From Histomonas meleagridis 2922-C6/04-290x (taxonomy: Eukaryota; Protista; Parabasalia), in the NCBI GenBank assembly GCA_020184695.1, contig JAANOX010000155.1, positions 1 to 9,717 of the forward strand: a DNA stretch of 9,717 nt, read 5' to 3'. The notes under the pieces are model-generated. The model did no database searches and was not told where the DNA came from. It saw only the letters and a list, made by a program, of their open reading frames with translations. This document shows positions 1 to 7,567 of the stretch, piece by piece (the stretch's first letter is position 1; each line of letters begins with the position of its first letter). A program made the position numbers and the translations under genes.

Positions 1-158
1 GATAATGAATAAACAAGTCCCGTCGAAGGTGAATTTTTTCTTTTTTAATAGAATTAAATTATATTCGAACAAAAGAAAAAAAAAATTATTCGACTTTTGC
101 TCAAATATATTTCAAATAATATTTTGATCCAACTATCAAAGTTTCCCAAATTAATTTT

Positions 159-903
159 TTATTTTTTAACGTTACTATTAATTCCAAGAAACAAATTGAC
201 AATTTCTTTATTTTTCATTTGAGTTGCTAGTGAGGCTGCTGTGTGTAATAATCAAAATAATTTCCGAATATTATTTTTAAGACATAAAAATTTTAATAAT
301 CAATATCAAACAAAGCAAGCAAATATCATAAGCATTTATGGCAATTTCTTTTTGTTTAAGAAGTAATTTAACTATTTCTGTATGACCATATAAAGATGCA
401 TAGATAAGTGCTGTTTTTAAATAGTTTATATGATTTCCAAATATTATTTTTGATATCGTAAATTATTAGAATAAACAATATATATAACAAAAATTTCTTT
501 AGCATTAATATCAATTCCTTTTTGTTCAAGAAGTAATTTAACTATTTCTGTATAACCTTTTTTTCAGATGCTTTAATAAGTGCTGTTTCAAATAATATTT
601 TTGATATATCCATTTTAATAAACGATAAATAAAGGAAATAAATATTGTTGGCATTAATATCAATTCCTTCTTGTTCAAGAAGTAATTTAACTATTTCTGT
701 ATGACCTTTTTGAGATGCTATAAATAGTGCTGTTTTAAATAATTTATATAATTTCCAAATATTATTTTGAAATATCAAATTATTAAAATAAATTTTAAAT
801 AAAACAAATAAATATTTTTAGCATTAATATCAATTCCTTTAAGCTCAAGAAGTATTTTAACAATATTTTTGTTATTAATTTTAGTTGCAGTTATAAGTGC
901 TGT
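159..903 (-). repeat. Mirror copy of the tandem ankyrin array
   Basis: Same cores as 8851-9597. Core 3 has an A5->A7 expansion in this arm. Confidence 0.93.
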
Positions 904-2175
904 TTCAAACATTTTAAATAATTTTCAAAATGTAATTAGAAATTGTAAAATCTTAAAATAAATATAAAATAAAACAAATAAAACCTAAATAAAAAAATTA
1001 AACATCTTTAACATTAATATCAATTACTTTTTGTTCAACAATGAATTTAACAAGTTCAAAATTTTCAGATTTTATTGATGAAAACAATACATATCCAGAA
1101 AGAAGATCATTTTGAAGGAAACATTGCATAAGATATAAGTTCCCAAATTGAGCTATATAATCAATAAGACTTTTGTTTATTTTCATTTCTTTTATAAGCA
1201 AATACGACAAAATATCATAATTAGAATATTTTAAACATTTTTCAAAGTCAATTTGTTCAATTTTCTTTTCATAAATATATTTAAAGATATCATTCTTATG
1301 GAATTTAATTGCAGCTTCACATGCATTATCAAATGATGAATTATTTTGTTCACACAAATGAATGATTTCAATATTTCCACCTGCAACTGCATATTTACCT
1401 GTATTTTTCTACATTTGCATCATTCATAAGTAAAAATTTAAAACATTTAATTGATCCAAAAAATGCTGCATAATCAATTAATGAAACATCTTCTTGATTA
1501 ATAAATGAACATCTTTCATAAAGTGATGGTTCAATTGTTTGATTAAAATCAAAATCATTTTTTGATGATATTTCTTGAAGTTTTTCGATTTCATCATTTC
1601 GAATTATTTTCGCAATTTCATTCGGATTAAATCCTTCTTCAACTAACTTCTTATCTAGTCCAAAATCTTCTTTTGAAAATATTTCAGATGTAGAAGAAAA
1701 ATATTTAGAAAATTTATAAATAATTTCATCTTCACTTACATATATGCGATATTTTGGATTGATTTTTTTGAGAACATTTTTGTCATTTAAATCAACTAAA
1801 TTTTTTTCAATCATTTTTAGAATTAAATAATATGATTCTTGTGAATTAATTTTACTTAAATAATTACAAAATATTTTAATAATTTTTGGTTTATCTTTGT
1901 TTAGAGCTTCTAAGTAGTTCAGATAAATATAATTGTTTTCTTTTTTGGAATAAAATATAGAATAAATTAGGTTACAAAGAAGGAGTTTATGTGAATATGG
2001 AAAACTTATATCAAATAATTTCTTTGTTTGTTCAACAGAGATTTTAAAATTGTCTTGTGTTAAAATTATATATTATTTGTTTAAGTTTATGGACTAACTT
2101 ATTAAAGTCAGCGAACTTATTTTCACTTTGGGTATTATTACCATTTAATTGTTCTTGATTGTCGGGTTGTGACAT
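159..2175 (-). CDS. DUF3447-type + ankyrin-repeat protein gene, left copy; continuous part 2175->998, then an interrupted ankyrin array down to the stop at 159-161
   Basis: ATG at 2175. Joining the ORF pieces across two single-base homopolymer expansions (~2062, ~1405) gives 391 aa ending INVKDV*. It contains SLIDYAAFFGSIKCFKFLL and KYAVAGGNIEIIHLCEQ...AIKFHKNDIFKY, which resemble the trichomonad DUF3447/ankyrin family (recognised by eye, no search run). Downstream cores are at 903-814, 733-644, 586-495 and 414-325, with a terminal repeat at 242-159. Confidence 0.8.
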
Positions 2176-2181
2176 TTTAAA

Positions 2182-2186
2182 TGTGA
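2182..2186 (-). promoter_or_regulatory. Mirror copy of the Inr-like TCACA
   Basis: TGTGA on the + strand, 9 nt before the minus-strand ATG at 2175. Confidence 0.45.
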
Positions 2187-2600
2187 AAAGACAAGCTTGT
2201 TCATGAGAACGATCAATTTCAATTTAATTATTATATCGAATTATTTAATTTTTTCAAAAGAAGCTTCTAAAGAAGTTATAAATTACTTATACTTATTTAC
2301 ATTTTAATAAATTTCCACCTTCATATCTTTATAATTAACCTCTAAGAACCATAAAATAAAATCACTAAAGTTTTGCTTGTAGTGAAAAACTATTGTTTGA
2401 ATATTCATTGTCTTTTTTGTTCAACGTTAGATAATTATTTAATATGATTTGTAGATACTTTATGTAAAAAGTATTTTAAAAAATGATAATATAATTTTCA
2501 AGCCTAATTTTACACAAAAAATCTAAAGAAAATCATTAAATTTCTTAATATATAAAATCAAAAAATAATAAAAATTCAGATAAATCATTTATTCATTTCA

Positions 2601-3810
2601 TCATTCAGCATTAATTTTATTCTCTTTTTCAAATCCAATAGGGATTTCTCCTCCATATTTTTTTGATTTAATAATTGAATTTTATGTTGAATTTCTTCTG
2701 GAATTTCTTGAAGAATTTCTTTGTTATATTTTATAATAATTTGAAGGAGTTGAAGTTGTTGAGGATTAATTTCTTGTTTTCGAATATTTTCTTGAAGAAT
2801 TTCGATAGCTTTTGTTTTATTGATAATAGTTAATAATTCTTCTTTAGGAATTATTTGAAGTTGTTGAATTAATTGATGAATAATTGACCAATGAATATTT
2901 GTTTGTAAAATCATTTGAAGACATTCTTCATTTGAATGTTTAATATTTAATGATGAAAAAGATTTTATAGCTGAATTTAAATCTTTATTTAAATAAAATT
3001 CATTATCATATTTATGAATAATTTCTTGAATTTTCGTTGATTTTTCTTGAAGATTTTTAATTAATCGATAAATTTCTATTTTTTTGATATTTTTATCTTT
3101 AAGAATTTTTCGCTGATTCAATTAATTCTAAAAGAACATTTTTCCGTAGTAAAACTTTCTTTAATTAATTCTTCTTCAAATCCTTTTTAAAAAAATATTT
3201 GACGAAGTGCATAAATTGATATAAAAAAATATTAATATTAGAATTATTTAGATTACTTTTTAATATGTCGTGAAATAATTGGAACAAATCGTTTAGGTAA
3301 ATATTTAGTAAACTCTGTTTCTAATATAATAATAAATTCAACGACTGAGATTAAATTTAAATGATTGGTTAAATCTTCTATAATATTTGGAAAGAATTCT
3401 AAATATTTACCTGATGATTGTCGAAGAAGATGAACAAAAATTTTTTGAAAATGTCCAACACATATCGAATCCCATTCATCATCGTTCCCTAAAAAATTAG
3501 AACAAAATGTTTTAAATGATTTCGAATTAAGTAAAATTGTAGAATACGAACTTCCACCACAAACTAAAACTTCTGTAGATAAACGTGATAAATGTTCAAA
3601 TTTCGTCTCTTTTTCATATTTAAGTGTCATAGACCATTCACATAATTCAGTAATGATATCTTCACGTGAAAAATATGATGTTAACTCTTGATGACCTGTT
3701 CGAAATTCTTGAAGCATAGTACCTTCTTCAAGAATTTCTCGAAGTCGTGTGTCTTCTTTTTGTAAAAGTTCCATAAGTGGATCTGTTGCAATTTCCATAT
3801 CCCAAAACAT
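2601..3810 (-). CDS. SIT4-phosphatase-associated (SAPS / PP6 regulatory subunit)-like protein, left copy; apparent frameshifts
   Basis: The N-terminus MFWDMEIATDPLMELLQKEDTRLREILEEGTMLQEFRTGHQELTSYF resembles the SAPS family pattern MFW..LL..e..L..lLde..llQE (recognised by eye). Nine homopolymer expansions (+13 nt, ~2655-3260) split it into track ORFs 3253-3810 and 2585-3121. The stop matching the right copy is at 2601-2603. Confidence 0.72.
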
Positions 3811-3975
3811 TTTTTCCTTTTTTATTGTGGCGGTGGACGTTAATTTTCGGTTTATATTAAAGAAATTTCATTAAAAAGTTTCATATAAAGAAAAGATTAT
3901 TAAGAAAATTTAAACATTAAAAAAAAAACAACTATTTATCTTGTATTATAAAACAAATAACTATGATTAAAATGT

Positions 3976-4326
3976 TTATTGACTAATTAAATGATGCGTA
4001 ATTCCAAGCCTATGTTCATCATTAAGTTCTTTAAGAATAAATGTCATAACACTTGGTTGACTATTAATTAAGGTGTTAACAGTAATAATAATTTGTGTTT
4101 TATCAGAAAATGGTTGTGATTCATATTTAAGTGGTTGAGTTGTTTGAATGTTTCCAAGTGTTTTAAGTTTCGCAATAATTGACGGTGATGTTTGAATTAA
4201 CTCTGAATTAAATTCTAAAATACTATCATCAGTATAAAATGGTTGAACTAAATTAACATCATCTTTAATTAATTTGAAATAATGTTCAACAAATTTTGTT
4301 GATATTTCTTGAAAGAAATCTTCCAT
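3976..4326 (-). CDS. NTF2-like (nuclear transport factor 2 fold) protein, 116 aa, left copy
   Basis: Intact ORF. The pattern F..KFVEHYF....D...V..FY.DDS.L.F....I...L..L...ESQP....IIITV fits the NTF2/NXT family size and motif layout (by eye). The strand is minus: CAT at 4324-4326. Confidence 0.75.
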   Translation of the reverse strand: MEDFFQEISTKFVEHYFKLIKDDVNLVQPFYTDDSILEFNSELIQTSPSIIAKLKTLGNIQTTQPLKYESQPFSDKTQIIITVNTLINSQPSVMTFILKELNDEHRLGITHHLISQ

Positions 4327-4414
4327 CTTTTGACCAAGATGAAGACGTTTATTATAAACTTTTCAATTATATCTTGTCAGTTTTATTGCGTTTTTTGTAT
4401 TTTAACGTATTGGT
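4327..4414. promoter_or_regulatory. 88-bp head-to-head intergenic region, probable bidirectional promoter (NTF2-like / coiled-coil gene)
   Basis: Divergent ATGs at 4326 (-) and 4415 (+). No specific motif confidently identified. Confidence 0.5.
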
Positions 4415-5314
4415 ATGGAATTAGGTGATCTTCTTGCTTCAAATAGATATAAAAAATCTATATCAGAAATTGCCGATACTATAGACAACTCAGTACAAGA
4501 AGTCCCATTCGTTGAACCTCGATTATGCACATTTCTCGACGAATCGATTGCAAGAAAATTATTAGAAGAAGAAATCACCAAAAACGAAACATTAATGCAA
4601 GAAACGCAACAAATATATCAAGAAATAATTAAAGATGTGCTTTATACAGAATTAGAAATTATCCCACTTGGAAAACAAAAACGCGAAATGTGGTCATCTC
4701 TTGAAAATACAGTACTTTCTAAGCTCATCCAAAAATACGAAATACACGAAAGGGAGGAAGCTTCACTCATTGCAAAATATAGGGATGAAAACAAGCAATC
4801 TAAGCAAGTTCCATCTCTTCAATCATCTGTTTATGAAGTTGAATCGGCAAACAGACGTCTCAAGAAAGAAATCAAAACACTTAATCTTCAACTAAAGCGA
4901 ACTGCAGCTGAACTTGAATCAGAAAAAAATTCTGGAAATGAAGAAGAAGAAGGATATGAGGAAATGGAGCAACAACTTGAAAGCATTCGACACATGGAGC
5001 AACAAATAATTGAAATTAACCAACAAATTGACAAAGGAAAAGTTCTTCATGGAAAATTAACACAGAAATGCGACATGTTGCAAGAAGAAATTCAAGAAAT
5101 GATGAATGAACTTGTTTCTTTAAATTCAAAAAATACAAAACACAAATGAAGCGAGTGAATAGATAAAATATAGAATAAATGTATGAAATGTAATTAAATA
5201 ATAAATTTTTATTTTTGTAAATTAAAATTTAAAAAAAATTTTGCTTTAAAATATATCATTTCTGTGTGTGATTTTTAATATAATTCTGATTTTAATTTTG
5301 AATTTTTTCATGAA
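4397..5314. other. Unique 918-bp central spacer between the arms
   Basis: No reverse-complement partner. Contains ORF 4415-5149 and an AT-rich 3' flank. Confidence 0.93.
4415..5149 (+). CDS. Hypothetical coiled-coil protein, 244 aa, single copy in the spacer
   Basis: Long uninterrupted ORF with higher GC than its flanks. The E/Q/K/L-rich C-terminal half looks heptad-like (LKKEIKTLNLQLKRTAAELE, LQEEIQEMMNELVSL) with an acidic EEEEGYEE patch. No family recognised. Confidence 0.85.
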   Translation: MELGDLLASNRYKKSISEIADTIDNSVQEVPFVEPRLCTFLDESIARKLLEEEITKNETLMQETQQIYQEIIKDVLYTELEIIPLGKQKREMWSSLENTVLSKLIQKYEIHEREEASLIAKYRDENKQSKQVPSLQSSVYEVESANRRLKKEIKTLNLQLKRTAAELESEKNSGNEEEEGYEEMEQQLESIRHMEQQIIEINQQIDKGKVLHGKLTQKCDMLQEEIQEMMNELVSLNSKNTKHK

Positions 5315-5384
5315 AAAAAACTCAATAAAACTGACAAGATATAATTGAAAAGTTTATAATAAACGTCTTCATCTTGGTCAAAAG

Positions 5385-5735
5385 ATGGAAGATTTCTTTC
5401 AAGAAATATCAACAAAATTTGTTGAACATTATTTCAAATTAATTAAAGATGATGTTAATTTAGTTCAACCATTTTATACTGATGATAGTATTTTAGAATT
5501 TAATTCAGAGTTAATTCAAACATCACCGTCAATTATTGCGAAACTTAAAACACTTGGAAACATTCAAACAACTCAACCACTTAAATATGAATCACAACCA
5601 TTTTCTGATAAAACACAAATTATTATTACTGTTAACACCTTAATTAATAGTCAACCAAGTGTTATGACATTTATTCTTAAAGAACTTAATGATGAACATA
5701 GGCTTGGAATTACGCATCATTTAATTAGTCAATAA
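5385..5735 (+). CDS. NTF2-like protein, 116 aa, right copy
   Basis: Protein identical to the left copy. The stop lies in a TAAA context (5733-5736). Confidence 0.75.
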   Translation: MEDFFQEISTKFVEHYFKLIKDDVNLVQPFYTDDSILEFNSELIQTSPSIIAKLKTLGNIQTTQPLKYESQPFSDKTQIIITVNTLINSQPSVMTFILKELNDEHRLGITHHLISQ

Positions 5736-5945
5736 ACATTTTTTTAAACATAATTTTAAATGTTAATTTTAATATTTTTTTTCTTGGAATCATAGTTATT
5801 TGTTTTATAATACAAGATAAATAGTTGTTTTTTTTTTAATGTTTAAATTTTCTTAATAATCTTTTCTTTATATGAAACTTTTTAATGAAATTTCTTTAAT
5901 ATAAACCGAAAATTAACGTCCACCGCCACAATAAAAAAGGAAAAA

Positions 5946-7143
5946 ATTTTTTGGGATTTGTATATTGTAACAGATCCACTTATGGAACTTTTACAAAAAG
6001 AAGACACACGACTTCGAGAAATTCTTGAAGAAGGTACTATGCTTCAAGAATTTCGAACAGGTCATCAAGAGTTAACATCATATTTTTTCACGTGAAGATA
6101 TCATTACTGAATTATGTGAATGGTCTATGACACTTAAATATGAAAAAGAGACGAAATTTGAACATTTATCACGTTTATCTACAGAAGTTTTAGTTTGTGG
6201 TGGAAGTTCGTATTCTACAATTTTACTTAATTCGAAATCATTTAAAACATTTTGTTCTAATTTTTTAGGGAACGATGATGAATGGGATTCGATATGTGTT
6301 GGACATTTTCAAAAAATTTTTGTTCATCTTCTTCGACAATCATCAGGTAAATATTTAGAATTCTTTCCAAATATTATAGAAGATTTAACCAATCATTTAA
6401 ATTTAATCTCAGTCGTTGAATTTATTATTATATTAGAAACAGAGTTTACTAAATATTTACCTAAACGATTTGTTCCAATTATTTCACGACATATTAAAAG
6501 TAATCTAAATAATTCTAATATTAATATTTTTATATCAATTTATGCACTTCGTCAAATATTTTTAAAAGGATTTGAAGAAGAATTAATTAAAGAAAGTTTT
6601 ACTACGGAAAATGTTCTTTTAGAATTAATTGAATCAGCGAAAATTCTTAAAGATAAAATATCAAAAATAGAAATTTATCGATTAATTAAAAATCTTCAAG
6701 AAAAATCAACGAAAATTCAAGAAATTATTCATAAATATGATAATGAATTTTATTTAAATAAAGATTTAAATTCAGCTATAAAATCTTTTTCATCATTAAA
6801 TATTAAACATTCAAATGAAGAATGTCTTCAAATGATTTTACAAACAAATATTCATTGGTCAATTATTCATCAATTAATTCAACAACTTCAAATAATTCCT
6901 AAAGAAGAATTATTAACTATTATCAATAAAACAAAAGCTATCGAAATTCTTCAAGAAAATATTCGAAAACAAGAAATTAATCCTCAACAACTTCAACTCC
7001 TTCAAATTATTATAAAATATAACAAAGAAATTCTTCAAGAAATTCCAGAAGAAATTCAACATAAAATTCAATTATTAAATCAAAAATATGGAGGAGAAAT
7101 CCCTATTGGATTTGAAAAAGAGAATAAAATTAATGCTGAATGA
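5946..7143 (+). CDS. SAPS-like protein, right copy (start reads ATT; one +1 T at ~6083-6088); composite of both arms = 398 aa
   Basis: ORF 6127-7143 (338 aa) is open, and the left arm supplies the first 60 aa. 5946-7143 is 1198 nt, i.e. 399 codons + 1. Confidence 0.72.
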
Positions 7144-7556
7144 TGAAATGAATAAATGATTTATCTGAATTTTTATTATTTTTTGATTTTATATATTAAG
7201 AAATTTAATGATTTTCTTTAGATTTTTTGTGTAAAATTAGGCTTGAAAATTATATTATCATTTTTTAAAATACTTTTTACATAAAGTATCTACAAATCAT
7301 ATTAAATAATTATCTAACGTTGAACAAAAAAGACAATGAATATTCAAACAATAGTTTTCACTACAAGCAAAACTTTAGTGATTTTATTTTATGGTTCTTA
7401 GAGGTTAATTATAAAGATATGAAGGTGGAAATTTATTAAAATGTAAATAAGTATAAGTAATTTATAACTTCTTTAGAAGCTTCTTTTGAAAAAATTAAAT
7501 AATTCGATATAATAATTAAATTGAAATTGATCGTTCTCATGAACAAGCTTGTCTTT

Positions 7557-7561
7557 TCACA
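7557..7561 (+). promoter_or_regulatory. Trichomonad initiator (Inr)-like TCACA upstream of the ankyrin gene
   Basis: Matches the TCA(+1)Py(T/A) consensus known from T. vaginalis, with A+1 9 nt before ATG 7568. A 5-mer is weak evidence alone. Confidence 0.45.
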
Positions 7562-7567
7562 TTTAAA

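Larger units (their letters stand above)
35..4396. repeat. Left arm of a ~4.4-kb inverted duplication (reverse complement of 5315-9717)
   Basis: I compared the arms by eye over most of their length and they match as reverse complements. The same three genes occur mirrored, and the NTF2-like ORFs are identical in protein sequence. The match stops at 4396/5315 inside and at the window edge outside. Confidence 0.97.

Noticed and set aside
1-34. Telomere or hairpin end of a linear palindromic molecule
   Set aside because: There are no tandem telomeric repeats or terminal hairpin, and the 34 unpaired bases simply lack a partner inside the window.
2601-3260. Pseudogenisation or programmed frameshifting at homopolymers in the SAPS and ankyrin genes
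   Set aside because: The opposite arm is open at every such site and the run changes are stereotyped (4->5, 5->7), pointing to technical error.
4668-4895. 75-aa + strand ORF in the track
   Set aside because: It lies fully inside the 244-aa ORF in another frame, has no recognisable features and fits a shadow ORF.
7468-7490. Heat-shock element (TTC..GAA..TTC..GAA)
   Set aside because: Only one of three spacings is the required 2 nt; the others are 4 nt.
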